A stretch of 64,000 nt of DNA from the NCBI GenBank assembly GCA_040954595.2, contig CM082597.2, forward strand, positions 3,867,924-3,931,923, in the 5' to 3' direction. How positions within the stretch are numbered: position 1 is the first letter of the stretch; each line of letters begins with the position of its first letter. The position numbers were made by a program, and so were the translations under genes. Positions 11,112-26,100 of the stretch are shown in pieces. The notes under the pieces are model-generated. The model had not been told where the DNA came from, ran no database searches, and saw only the letters and a list, made by a program, of their open reading frames with translations. The stretch comes from Balanoglossus misakiensis. Taxonomy: Eukaryota; Animalia; Hemichordata.

Positions 11112-14100
11112 CAACGTTACTTGAATATAGGAAATCACGTACACTTACTTTCCATTCTTTTTTCTATTGCTGTCAGTCGCCGCGACACTTCTTCTTTCAG
11201 CTCTGTCACTTTAAATGCTCTGGTTAGACAGAAGAAAAGGTTCGCTTAAACGAAATCGAATGTCATATACTACTCATCATAATAATCATTGCCGTCGTCG
11301 TCGTCATCATCTCACACGAAATATTTAAAACGTGGGTGAACTCCCCTACGGCAAGGACTGAACTATCGTCATTCATCTCTGATATGAGAAAAGCGCCTGC
11401 CCCATAGAGTGCAAATACTAATACTAAACCGTGTCTGAAAAAAAAACAATCGATATACAAACTCACTTGTTAAACTGTTCTGCCACCTGTGTCATCACCG
11501 CCTGTATGACTTCATCATCACCTGTTGAGAATGAAATGCAAGCAGAATTTTTAATGAAATGCAAGTTTCATTATACTCAAAAGAAGCGACAATCTGTAAT
11601 TGTAAACAGTTAACTGCAGTTACATAATCATCATCAAAACAATTCCACGCTAAAACACAAGACTTAATTGCTCAACAAAAACGTCCATACAGGTTCCTGG
11701 TGTGATGTCAGCTTACAGAAGATATTTTTTGTCATCGTTTTGTGTTTTCTGAAGTGAATGGAAATAATTACCATGAGTCTGCCTTGTTTCCTGAATGATT
11801 ACTTTGTACGGATTACTGGAATGACAGAAAGAAGGAAGAAAGCAGTTAAAACGGTCGAGCCGGCAATGACAACATACGGGTATACGTCATAAAGGTTGCA
11901 AAAGTTTTCTTTTTTTGAAATAGTCTCTTACTTGACTGTGTTGATAGGCATTGTCGGTGCCACCGATATCAACCCTCCATTGCCATCTTGAAGCGATATA
12001 TCAGCCCATCTAGAATAAAACAATGAAATGTTTATTTATTTATTTATTTACTTATTATTTTTTTTGTTTTATTTTATTTTTTATTTATTCATCCACCCAG
12101 TCACCATCTATCTATCTATCTATCTATCTATCTAATATCTATCTATCTATCTATCTAACTGTATCAATGTATCTTATCCGTCTTTCTGGGGTTTTTTGTC
12201 AATCTATCTGTATATTGTATTTCCAGCTATTGGCCACTGATAAATCCACCATCCGTTTGAAACAGCTTAGAATTTTTGTTTTTCAGATGAAATGTGTCTA
12301 AATATGCCTGGTTAGTGTATCTGGTCACGATTGCTACTCTGTATGGTTTCTTCGTCGTGTGTGGTTCATAGTCAAAGTAAGTCTTCAGTAATCAAGGTGG
12401 TTTTCTGCAGAAGGGACTGAATCCCTATGACACCCACAGTCCTGATTAATTAAACTTTGCTGGTGGTACTCTAAACCTACGTCATTTAATTATCTCGCGG
12501 AGGGAGCGCCCATGCTGGGGCGATCGCGTCTAGCTGATTCTGTTTGAGAGCTTTCTGAACAGATAATCCAAACTGTATCATCTGATTCTGTTTCCGAGTC
12601 ACCGTCTAGGTATTTGACTCCAACGGCTGTCGCTATGGCGTATCTTGTCACGTGTCGGTAACCACAGTAACGGGAAACCCGTGGGGTATCTCATATGCGG
12701 TGGATCTCTCGCGAGCGAATCCTTTCAAAGGCGTTTGGCGAAGATCTCCATAGGAGAGAAGCCCGCCTATGTACCCGGGCGATGAGATGTCTTAATGACA
12801 TTCCACGAGTCGTGCATGCGCAGTTTGCTTACACGTCGATTGTCTCTTGCGAGCTCTCAAATCAAACATTCTTTTTTAACATTTGACGCATGTTTTCAAG
12901 TTGCGGTATTGGAAAACAATAGACGTGTAAACACCCATGGGAATATTTCTTGGAAATGTCACAGTATGACGTGATTTCCCCCTATTACACTTTAAAGGGG
13001 AGAACAGAGCTGTTTCCCTTGTTGTTTCCACTAAATGTCGTATGGTCTCTCCTTGTGTAAAGATATTGTGACAATTTGCATATTTGTAAGGCCATACCCG
13101 GAAGAGACGTGCTATAGCGACGTCTCCGGGTCTGTCGTTTTGCATAATCAGTTGGTTAGTTAGATAATTTAATATCATAGGTATACAATTCATAACCTTA
13201 AAGACATTACACAATATAGAAGGGGGAAAACTCCCAACCCCCTTAAGAACATATACATCACTTCGATCATATTTCACGCCAGTCATTAAGGGGAAATACA
13301 ATGAACATCATATTTGTAAGTTTGTTCACAGCGACATTACATTGCCAAGGTTACTTCGTATGCCCGCACAACTGATAAAAAAACGACAGTTTACGAAACG
13401 TATGGAGAGACCACGCGCAGAGAGCTTATGCCCAGAAGCGTCACTTGGATAACGACAGTGATTCGGTGTTTTTCCTCATTAAATAGAAAAAGATTTGTTG
13501 CGTATTTCAGTAACCAGGGTAACCTGTAAACAACAAGGCCTTTATCAATCTGGAACTCTATCCCGCTGTTCTGTAATAAAGTCTAAAGCACAGGAAGATC
13601 TGTGCATTATACAGAAATAACATTTTAGATTATTTCCTGTTATTCGCGTCGGTTGTCTGGTATTTGCGAATATGATTCTAACGACCAAAATAACTGCAGA
13701 CCTTTGATAATACGGGAAGGACATGGTGATATAAAGTTGGAGTATTAAAGGCGAAGTAGTTGTAAGTTTTGATATTTCCGTGTTTTTTCCTCTCCATTAA
13801 ATGTGTACAGAGCTGCATAATTTACTAACTCTAACTTTAGATATATTTTTAACTTTTTTCTTCCTTGCTTCATCTCCGGTTTCTTGGCCCACTGTTACCT
13901 AATATATTTTATAGTGCAGAACAAGAACCCACGGTTGGTTAGAAAAAAAATACTGAGTATAAAGCCCACAGTTGGAGTTCCTAGAGCCGTAATGTCTATA
14001 ATATAATTTCGTATATTTTCCCCCATTTCGTAGGCATTGCGATGAGAAATCATATGAATCAACTTTTCCGACCCTGACAGGGTGTTCAAAATGCGTCACA

Positions 14101-17100
14101 CATAAACAGGGACACTATCATATTACCCGCAATCCTGGATTAGCACTGACTTAAAAGTAAATACCCCTCGAAGCAGACGCAAATAAACTCCAGTGTTTTC
14201 ACACCACCAATTGCTATGGTAACGGAAACAATGCCTAATCGGTTACAAGTAGGTTATTCCGTGACAATGCTGCCGAGGGTTTGTTTAACCGGAATGATTA
14301 TGAAGCAGACAGCTCTCGATAGTCTACTCGACCGGGAGTATCTTTGTAACCCATAAGTTATACTGGCGAAATTCAGATGTCACAAGTTATCAATAAAGTC
14401 GATACAGACATCCAACTTCAGCTGTACAGAGAAACAGGGTAAACAATTTCAGCTTTTCCGACTTTCTCTGTTGAACAACTTCGTTACGGTCACCGTGATA
14501 AAAATTGCGATGAGAACCATACATCCCGGTCAACCGGACGATATGAATGGGTTATCTCCGTCTGGAGTAAATTGCGTGACTTTCAAAGGACAGAGACGCA
14601 ATACAGCGCAAATTATTCCGCGAATGATTTTTTTTATCCTTTGTCAATTTGAAAGGAAATGGGTAAAGGCGTGAATGACGTAGTCAGCACATATAATCGA
14701 ATACCTCGCGGACTTCAATGTTGATTCCAGTATATGTGAGAAGGTCACTATAGCGGTCAACTTTCGCGTCCGTAGTGTTAACCCGACCAAGACTCCAAAA
14801 GTGATAGGTGTTCCATGTTAACACGAAACTGCTGGTACTATAAGCGGCTAAAATTTGCAGCGTGTTTTCGCCCTGTCATATCTAAGATCGCAGCTCCGGA
14901 ACGTATTACGTCACGTATTTAGTCGCCTGGAAAATTCAGATGGCACCTGACTGGCTGAACCGAAGGAAGGTGGAAATTCAACTGTACTGAAGACTATTGA
15001 CCGCTGAAACACCATAACAGCATACTCACGCAGAAAATTAATATTACAATGTCATAACACGATATTTAAATACTACTGCGCGGGAAACACTGTCGGGTCA
15101 GCCATGTTTGCCTTCTTGATGTTGTGCGGTTATCACAAGTTCTCGCTATACCTTACACAAATCGATTATTTCGATGGTACAGTATTTGCTAATGTAATCG
15201 AGAAAGAAGGTTTTGACAAAGTGTTAATTTTGTTTTGTGTTTGTTCAGGGAACGGCTGAGTGAACTGCAATATCCTGCCGTAGTGTTTGACTTGCCTTCG
15301 ACAAATATTACATTTACACTTCAGACTGGATTAATTATTTCATCTCGAGTCTCGTTTTGAGTGACACCGAACAAGATAACTTTGTTTGGTCACTAAGTGC
15401 CAGGTTATCGGCAGGACAGACACCTTAGCCGGTGCGACAGTACTAGTTTACTCGCTAGATCTCCGTTATATACTCTTATGTACGTGTGCTTTTGCTGTAT
15501 GATCCAATATGGCCGACGCGCAGCCAATTCTTATCACCGTATTATTTTCTTACCATTCAAAGAGAAATCACCTCGGAGAAATCACCAATAAGACGGAAAA
15601 CGGTCACGTCTTATTATCGTCAAACCTCAGTTATTGAACTGTAGTCGGATCTGAACAAAATAGCGCCTTACAACTGCTGTGTAGGCGTTATGGGACAAGG
15701 GCCGTTACCATGACGATATCCATATTTTGCTGAATAACAGTTCAAGTCGCCGCTCCTCCGCGGGATTAGTCGAACCAAGTGTTCCTTGTTACTTTCTAAA
15801 AAGGGGTCAGTATGATCTCAATTTCCATCGTACTTAGACTCATGTTTTCCTGTAAGCCAGAATTCCACGAAGGATAAGAGCGGCGGTGAGTGGCTATACA
15901 AACGCTCTCTCAATAATAGATCGACTGCGATATAAAAAAAATCGCCAATTTGACTGAGTAGCGCGATGCGGTAGTGAAACGCACGCTTCCCTCAATTGTC
16001 CCCAATTTGCCAACACTCCCGTTTGGGTTATTCTTCCGAATCGGGGAAGTAGTCATGTTCACATTTCATCCTCTAGCGAAAACATAACCCTATCTCTTCT
16101 CCATGTATTTTCCTACGGCTGTCAATCTCTGAGGGTCTGCACCCAAAATAAGATACTCTCCTGGACTATATCTGCTATGCAAAACCGCTATTTATGCATT
16201 CTGGCGGTTCATATATGTAATGTTGCTTTTTCAGTACGCTTCGAGATCTGTCCAGTAACGTTAACTGGTTTACTTCATTACCCTAACTCAATAAAGATGT
16301 CGAACGCACCCTAAGAGCACTCTTCGCCTTCCGAGAAAATCGAGCAGCCATTGAGAGATGATTGGTCTTGTAAGTGCCGTTCGTTCGGGTTTTCGGCGTA
16401 AGTAAACGGATGAAATCCTTTACAATTTCAGCTCTCTAATGTAGGTAGATTTCTACCCCAAGACCGTGGATGTAAATGGGATGTGCCTTGAACTGCAGGG
16501 CCTCCCCCCCCCCCCAAACAAAAATGAGATTACCCCGCCCATCAACCTCAGCAACGACAAACACAGACAAAATATCCACCATATCTTCTTACGATGATTT
16601 ACAAAGGTTATATATGAAAATGCTGTTCATACGTAAATATCACCCACCGCATTTTTTTTCAATTTACATTTGCGGAAGGATTATCGTAATCTCTTAGCGT
16701 TAAGACAACTTAAATGTAATTTGAGTTAGACGCACTATGGTAACCGCAGCCGCTGATGATATGATTCGTGGAACGAAGCATGCGTGCTGCAGACGGCCCA
16801 TCTCCACGGACTACATAAATCCTCTCTATTTATTCACTTCAGTTGGAGCGCAAAAATAATCCCTAAAGTTCATACGTCAACATAATGGAAAACCCCATAA
16901 ATCGCGCACATATTGTCGTCAATTCGGAAATAAGCCCATAGATCGGAATGGAATGTTTTCCAATAGAGTTTAATGGCTGTGAAAATTATGAGGTCGGATG
17001 CATGGGTCGGTTTATATGAGTCCCCTTAAATTATGAGCGGTTTGAAAAATGGCTGTTAAATGTTTACTCTTCGTATAACTGTACGCAATGCCTGAAATGA

Positions 17101-20100
17101 TTTATTCGGGGCTCGTGTGTATTATGCAAAGAGCATTTCTTGTGGCGGGTTCCGTTTGCCATTCAGTCTATAGTGTCCATCTTTGTCCTAGATTCAGGGC
17201 AAAGCCTCCATTGGGGCCAATTAAAGATATACGCACAGATCCCAAACCGGTAAACTGCATCAACGTCTGCGCATGTGTCTCTTCCCATAGGATTACGTTG
17301 AGATTGCCAAAGCAAACTTCTACATTGTTATTTTCAAGAAATTGTATACATAGCTCAGTCAAGTAAAAATTAAATCATTGGTCAAATAAAATAGTATGGA
17401 CACTGTACTCTATTTTAAGATAAACTTCGTGAAATGGTTTGCCCATAGGCAAACCTATGGCGAAAAAAATATCGACGAAAGTCACGACCTTGAATTTTAA
17501 AAAAACACGGTGTTCCCTGTATATTATTACATATTTTTATGCTTACATAGGAGAAACCAAAAACCCACAATGAAAAGAAATGACAATACTTTCAATTTTA
17601 CTGATCTTAAATCCTTAAACTAAATTTATCTATTTCCGTATTACTTGTGACGTTTTTATCTCAATTATCATTTTGCTTCGCGACAGTGGATGTTGACAAT
17701 TTAAATCACAGTGTTTCTGACACAAAACTTGCACGGACGATAATCTACCCGTCATTATCTGATTTGGTCATGGGACGTAAATCCTTATAACAAAGTCTAT
17801 GGTATAGGTTAAACTCTTTTGAAATTCACACATCCGCTGTTGGTTGAATATAGTCGTTACCCGCCTCTGTCGTCAAAATTCGCATTGTCTACGTTGTTTG
17901 GCATTCATCGAAAAGCTCGCGGGTACTTGCAATGTAATTACAGAATTGATTAGGGTCAGTCCCTTATCTCGGAACTTGTATGGGGGTTATTTCGCTGGAC
18001 ATAATTACTTTACCAGGTGTAATTATCCGACGCAATTTTGAGCGCGTAAACATCAATCAATCAATATTCAACCTGATATCGACCACATAGTCCAACCTAT
18101 TAAAGATGTAAAACTCCTGTCACGACGGGTTTTGGGGGCAGTTTACTTTCTAGGAAAAGATATAAAAGGTAAGCTCACACGAACAAATAAGTCATACAGA
18201 ACAAAAGCAAGTAACAAGTAAACTCGAAGCTGTCATTTTAACCCATTTATATTGTGCCTTCAAGTATTTGCAGCAATGTGTAGGTCTATATGTAACTATA
18301 AATCACACAGAGAGACAAAAAGGTGGAGACGGTAAGGACGACTTGAAGAAATGGCGGGAAAATTATGGCGCCATAAACGACAGGCTGTCTTATTGGCGCC
18401 TAATTATCTTGGAATCACTGACAGACGTTATTAGATCGGGCTGAACCCTCAATCAATACTTTTTGTCAAGAGACTAGGTTATGAATATCAATAAATTACA
18501 TATGACAAGCAAGTATTTATTTCGTCTTTCGGGGATGCACTCCCGTCTCTTTGTAAAGTTCCGTCCTACCAGCATTTCTGCAAACTACCCCTGAGCGAAC
18601 CAACAGCAAATTTATATTAAGAGCACAGCTTACCTCCCCGCCCCTGTCGCCGTCTGTAAGAGATCCTGTATGTCTCTTGAGCTACAATGCCTGCTGAACA
18701 CAATCTGTGGATATAGAACAGAAAAAGAAGAGTTGCAGTAGACCATTTTCCGAACTTCACGAGGCCCTGCGAGATCTCGCGGGAGGACATCCTCATGCGA
18801 TACAGGACAAACAATACATGGACCATTGTGTAAAACGGCATTAAAGTTACTAAACCCTGCACCTATGCTAGTTCATACAAAGCTTGACCTGTATTACTTG
18901 GCCAGCTACTCGTTGCTGCGGAAATTAACCAAGTCTCACAAGTTTAGACAACTCTCCACATACTATCAGAACAGTGCAACTAACCAAATGAACGCATTTT
19001 TAATTTGCGTTTGGCACAGCGGGTATGAGTCTTGTCAAACGGGTACCAGCTATCTAACAATACCACCCGATGACACAAACACGTGATTGTGTGATTCTGA
19101 TCGGTTTCTAAAGCAACGGCGCTTTCCAACCGCATCGGTGCATTGATAGGGCCATTCAGCTGCAAAATCTCATCCGGGATTCAACCTTTAAAACCGCGAG
19201 ATAAACTCAGTTACCATTGTGTATACAGTCTTTGCCATGACGACTGAAAGGCAGTAATATGTTGGTGTTATCTGCACCACCTAAACCGCCAAGCTGTGCG
19301 CCAACTGATTCATCTAAATTCTTTGTCACATAGAGAATACATCCCTCAACAACATTGCCAATTTGGCCAAGTCAGAACATCTGTTGCGGTTTAATCAAAG
19401 TAGAATCCGCGTGATTTTTAATTTTCATTAGAGTTTTTAATTTCAGACAAGGTCGTTCTCTATTTAATAACACAGGAACAAATCCGTCGGACGCTTATTA
19501 ACTTCACCATGTTTTCCATATCACAATTACGAAAACTTACAAGCGACGCTTTGAATTTTCACAGATTTAATTTCAGTCATGTTATTTTAATTTACCAAGG
19601 CAATATCAATACTAAGAAAATACTATCAATACCAAGAAAATAGTTTTTGACTGAATTGAGCTGGATGTTTCGTTTCAGGGCGTGGTCCATCGTTAAATGT
19701 GAACAAAGACCATTAATAACAGTAACCCATGAAAACTCAATCTGAATCTGATCACGCCTGTCCTTTGTATTATATCTCCCTTTGTATTAAATTCCCAAGC
19801 TGTAATCAATATGGCGACGAAATCTCATAAATCGTGGAGTATATATATTCCAGGACCCTTTTACACTACAAGTCCCTGCGGAATCGACGTATAGTGTGAC
19901 ATGTGCGTTTGGGATGTCGTTCATTGGCGCCAGAGTTTTGATACGAGATCCAGTATTAGATCAGGATGAAACGCCGTCTGCTCCCCGTGAGGCATATAAA
20001 TAAAATAACGTTTCTCTGGGCATGATTCCCTTGTGGAAAACACTCATCATCAGCCACCGTCCTTGGTTGCGCGTATAAACCTACGTGTGACGTCACTCTG

Positions 20101-23100
20101 GTATTAACAGTCACAGCGGCGAGGAACATTGACACATAGGGGAAAATGCGCGGTCATTGCGAGACGCCTCGTTTTCACAGTCCCTCAACAGGTCACTTTC
20201 ATGACCCATACATGACCTTACATCCTTGTACTTCCTTTGGTATGGCGTTGACAAAATTTGGGACAAGAAATGCGTAAAATGTTCTTGATTAATAGTCACT
20301 TTTTTAATTCAGTAATCAATTTATAGACTACAGCTGCAATTATAGTGTTTTTGTAGAGGTTTTAGCTAACCTGGTGGATTCTTGCCAACGTATGAAAATA
20401 GTGGGAGTACCCCCGGGGGCTGTCTGTCAAATGCCAGATTAATCTCAAAAAGTAATTGAATTTACAAGGCTGATTGAACCTCTCTCTCTTATAATGTAAT
20501 TAGACTGCTTCGATCAAGACATTAAATCAAACGGCGAGCTGTAGACGACTGAACATGGCGACGATACGCGTTGACTAGAATACACAACGCTGACCTATAG
20601 CAAATGCAAACTTTGCCACAAACAACGTCTGTGTACGCAGAGTCACGAGTTACGTGATTGATCCTGCTCTTTCTAACGGACCACAATTGAGTTGAAAGAC
20701 TACACGACTTAGAAAAGATCCCGCTGCAAAATCACCCGTGGTCGGTAAACACATTTCGCTCGAATCTCAACCAATTTTCCATCTGACAAGAGTCGAGTCC
20801 GCGAGAACATCTGCGGTTAATTATGGCCCCTGCATGGCAGTGAATTGGTCGGAACTTTGAAATTATGAAAAGCACAGAATTCTGAATGCCTATAGAAATT
20901 TCTGTAGAGTTGGGCCTGGGGTAAGTGAAGGGAGATCATAATATCTCGGAGGGTATGAAGAAGATCCAATTTTCGATAATGATCTCGCCATTTTCAGTTA
21001 TATTGAATCAGGTTGTGTCGTTAACCACGCATGTTGAAACGCACAGAATATTCTTAATGCTAACGCGGCTTCTGTACCGAGCAGATCTCATTTTAGACAA
21101 GCGGATTCAAAGGAGTTCGTGGAATTCTTTGTGCTCACCGACAGAAAACAGCACCGCGAGTCCATCAGTGGCGGCGTCGATGATTTAGAAGTATTGCTTT
21201 TTAAAATCGCCTTCGCTAACGATGGACGTGTTTACAGCTGATTCTGTTGACTTTTGTGATTTATCAGATTTAGTCACTGACAAAGCACAGGAAAAAATCA
21301 CCAACTGTACTAGCATACAAAGCGTTCTGTGATGGTCCTCAAAGATTTCTATATCGCTCGACAAACTTGAACAAGTGGGCGATTACCTTTTTAGAGCACA
21401 AGGCCAGCAGATACTAATGGACACATCTCGACAGCCGTTCAAGAGATTCATCAGCATTTGAAGTATCACTTTCCCTTGAAGATTGTTTTATAGACAACAA
21501 CAAAGTGTACGGGGTCGTTTATTGAGGTCACCGCAATTTAGCATCGCGGCTGAACGCTCGTCTATCAAACCAGTTTCCACGCGCGCAGTGATCTGCATAC
21601 GAATGACCGTGAAGAAGCTCGCGTATGCAAATCTTGCACGTGAAATACGGGCAAGACAAAGAGTTAAACCGCCACATAACACGTAATCGAGCTCCATTTG
21701 AATTTAGGGCGCTATTTTGCATGTTTCTTCCCCTCTTCACTTACTTGCATATGTCGCGATAGCGATTTTCATTGAAACAACTGCCTTGCGAGTTTTTCCT
21801 GCATTGTTAGTGATAAAATACACACCGATTTCGTACGCTGCATATATCTTCAAAACGCTGGCAGCCGGTCTATGCACACAGTGACAGAGTTGAACACACA
21901 AGATACGAGCCTCTATCGAAGTGCAGTGCCTTTTCACTTATTTCGATGGCGAATTCAATGAACCTAAGACAGATTCTCGCTATTTTTTGTCTGTCTGTCA
22001 GTCAAGTCGTGACTCGAGACGAGTTGTTATCACGCCCTTTGAGTGTACGGGCAGCAAAGGAAAACGTGTACACATGCCTCGTGGCTGTTCTGTGGGCCTT
22101 ATCTTGTTCGTTGTTGACGTCATTTCTGGTATTGTTGTTGGAAGCTGTCACCTGGGCTGGCAAAATTCTCTACAGTGTGCAAACTATCAGTCATTCACCC
22201 GTTGCAGTAAAGCGTTTTCTCGGAATTGGCGCAATACCGTCCACCGCACTTTTGGAAAACAAACTCAGGATGACATGGAGGTCGAAAAATACATGTACAG
22301 CCAATCCGCCTTGTGTACAGGTATTCAATAGTATGACACTGTCGTACCTATTTTCAAACAGTCTTCAAAACATTTATTGAACAGTACAGTAAGGGTCGCA
22401 CTCGAAGGCAGAGGTGAACACGTGTGCATTCCAATCACAAAATGCCAACTTTTGAGGGATAGCACTTTCAGGTTGTCTGAAGACAATAATTGCCACTGAA
22501 GTGTATAGCAAATTACGGAACCACATATTTGTACGGACTAGAAAATGGCGGAGGGTTCCTTTTATCCGTGTCTAACTTCGGCCTTTCGGGTCACACCACA
22601 GTCGTAGAGTACAAAGGACCCAAGTATAGGCAAAATGGCTGCCGCAGAGCCCACCCTATTCGCTAGCACGGCACTACCAGCGGCAGGATGACAGACTACG
22701 TGATCGCAACAACGACCAAAGACGACAGACGAAACGACAACCACCTGTCGACCTTCTGACCCAGATCCTAATCACGTAAATGACTTGCCCTTCATGTTTT
22801 GGATACTCTGCAAATTATCCTCTCCTAGATTATTTGCATATTATCCACAATCCGGGAATGTCTTTCCCTCAACATCCGGGTCCTCGGCCGAACGTGTTTT
22901 TTCAGAGTACTCAAATCATGGCAACCCCTATCTAATCAACGCCATATTCTCTTAATGTCGCACACACGGATGTGTCTTTCGCGATTACAGAAAAATGTCC
23001 ATTCTTCTGCGAGATCGGACAGACAAGCAACGCAATTTTCCCCAATGCAAATATATGCACTGCACTATGCGGGTCAGCAGGGGATTTTATTTTAAAGTGC

Positions 23101-26100
23101 GACAGGAAACATGAGCCCTAGAGGGAAATATTTCATGCAGTATTAATATAGTGACTCGGATTTCGAGTGTGTTTACAAAGTTTTCCATCCATTCCATTAA
23201 GTCATAAATTACAGGGAAACGTTCTGAGCGTTCTGCGGTATAGCGACGTGACATGAGCGTGTTTTAAATGTTAAATGAAGAGATCAGGCTCAGACGCGTG
23301 TTGTGAATGAAGAATTTGAAAATGTGCGAGCGTTGTAGTTTGTTTGCACAGCAAAGTACAAACTTTAGATGTTAATTTGAATTGAAGTGTCGCAAAGAGT
23401 TTTGAGGTTGGTGTGTCCAAAAATCCAACAGCTATACACAGACTGAGAATATACATAACAAGTTAAGCCTATGAAGCTTTAAATGCCCACATTTTTGACG
23501 TGCGTACTTCTATAGATATGAACAATAGATTTTGAAGGAATTTATTGGCAACAAAGAGTTCTGCATGACATATGCCCTTTAAAATTATTAGACTTACAAT
23601 GAGATTGAGAATATGTGGGTAAAGTTACAGTGTAAACTTTCGCAATTTTCAACGCACGCACGCATCGTCACGGATCGGATGTTTGCGGATAAGGAAACGG
23701 TTTGGAATCAACGCGAGAGTTTTATTCGCTCATATGTCTCCATTGTGCGCAGGGCAAGAGCCTCTCAACGGCATTAATGCCACTTTTGGGCAAGGCTTGA
23801 TTTATGATAATTTGCATTTGATTTGGGATGGTTTCCCGTTGGGATTATGGTAATTGCCGTTATTACGCAGAGCATAAAACTATATTGAGAATTCAATGAC
23901 ACGATTTATTCTAGAAGTCACGATGGAATAAATGTAAGCTTATAGAACTTGAAGATGAATACCAATTCGGCGCTTTTCTTCTCGCCTGCGCACAATTTTT
24001 TTAGTTTTGTCCGGATACATGCATAGATATCCATACTGAATATTATTATCGTATAACATATATGTAAACAACAGCTGCTGCTCAGACTTTTAGCCGCGGG
24101 AGAATATAGTCATGTCGTACGACGGTACACTGATGCGATCGTCAAATACACTTATACGTGATGTTTTGGCGCCATATTACGAAGCGATATAAAATGTATA
24201 GCACAGCAGTGGCCAATGTATTCTTTGCCAGTGATTTTATTGAACGAGTACAACATTGTACCACCCATTGCCACCATCATGTTCCATGTAAACACGTCGA
24301 TTACACGTCATAATTTTCATTTCTAATGTTAAATCAATAAAGAAGAGGTTTAGTCCCTTTTTGAATTGGTTAAATTAGGGCTTAAATGGTGTCACAGTAA
24401 TGTGTTAGCAAAACAGAGATTTCCCTCGGCTCACAAGGACAGCGGTACGTTTGCTCCTTGAAGGACAGGGCGAAACTGTATCGCGGGGACAAGGCATTGA
24501 ATGATGTACATCGCGAACTCGGGCAAACACATCCGTTGATCTATATAGGCTTTTGAAAATTTATCATTGAATTCTGTAGCCCTTGACAACGGGATGAACA
24601 GAGCGCGCTAAGCTCGTCGTCTGAGGAAATGGCATGAGAACACGGTCGTTAGTCGTTGTCGAGTGGTGGACACATCTCGTTGACGAGCAAATTAAACGTC
24701 GCTGCACTTCAAATAATGAACACCAGGGCTCGTTTGCTCAAATTTCTCATTACGGCAGCGTTCGCTATTCTCGGCAGTCTGCCACGCGTACCGTCGGCCC
24801 CATCTGCGGTGTTACCGCCCTAATCAACGCAATTGTGAACGTCAAGTGGACCAGAGTATAATCCGGGCCCTTTTCGAAGCAAATCAAATTCTAATAATTG
24901 AGCGTCTCACCCAGAAATCACGTCTCATGTTTTCCCAATTGACACCAATTATTTCTTTGGGGTATAGCGGGTAATGACGAGGATATAATCAAGCGAGAAA
25001 TCGCACGATTCGCACGCAAACAATCAGGGATGGCTTTGCCGCCAAAACTAGCGCACCTGAACTATCGCGCGTCGTTTGGCGCGCGCTATTTCATGACCCC
25101 GTGTCGTTTGGCGCGCTATTTCGTGACCTTCAGAGAAGCTGGTAAACAGACAACTAGTGGCAATTCTTTTGAAACTTATGACGAAAGGCGCCAGGATGTC
25201 AGCCGTGCGATTATATTTAAGACCAATTCCCACGCGAAAAATTCCTCGCGCGAAAATATCCCGCTTGCCGTCCGGTCCTTACGAGGATACCCACACCAAA
25301 ACTGCTACATGTGTACATGTATTAGAAATCGCTGCCGACACCATTTCCGGTAGACGGTACGTGAACTCTCGTGTTTAACTGTTGATACATTGTTGTAACA
25401 TTGAGCGCGTTGGACCAAACGAACTGCCCGCCCCAACCGCAGCTGTCGTCTGCAGTAATATTTTAAAACGCGGTGCTTTTTGATCGCCGATCCATTTTTC
25501 TTCCAGTGGGAAAATTAAACCTACAAGTATGGAAATATCAGTAACATATACTGAACACATGGAAATATCAATTAACCGCAGCTAGAGTATAGGGTACATG
25601 TGGTGTGTCGTTCACAACAGCTTTTCCCGCCAAATCTCATGAAAAAGAATTCTGCTTCTAGTTCACATTAAATTGTAAACACCAGCTTGGTTTTAAGATG
25701 GGAATTCATGTCCATCCCTGTAGAAAACTTTGTGCATATATTCACGAGAGAACAATGGATTTTTCCCTCCAGAAAATAAGATTTTTTTCTGGTGTTTACT
25801 AGCTTGATTCTCCTGTAGTAGCGGCAACATGTTCAAAAACGGGGTTGCAATAATTAAATCAATTAATGAGAGCTGATTGAACGGTTGTAACGTCAATACA
25901 AAAAGATGGGTTCGAGAGGACTGCAATTTATTGATGAATTGAGTGAAATAGTCACGGGTTGCCATCACACATGTACATGCGATACGCTGTTAAGTGTAGC
26001 TGGAGAGATAATGCGTCAAATCGATACAGCTAAAAGTGACCTTGCCTAGCGGATCTGTCAATATTAACTTCCAAATCGGTATTTTTTGTACCTTTCTCTG

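Noticed and set aside
21921-22380. Overlapping 136-aa and 144-aa + ORFs in PDE9A intron 1
   Set aside because: No recognisable domain or splice context; treated as chance ORFs
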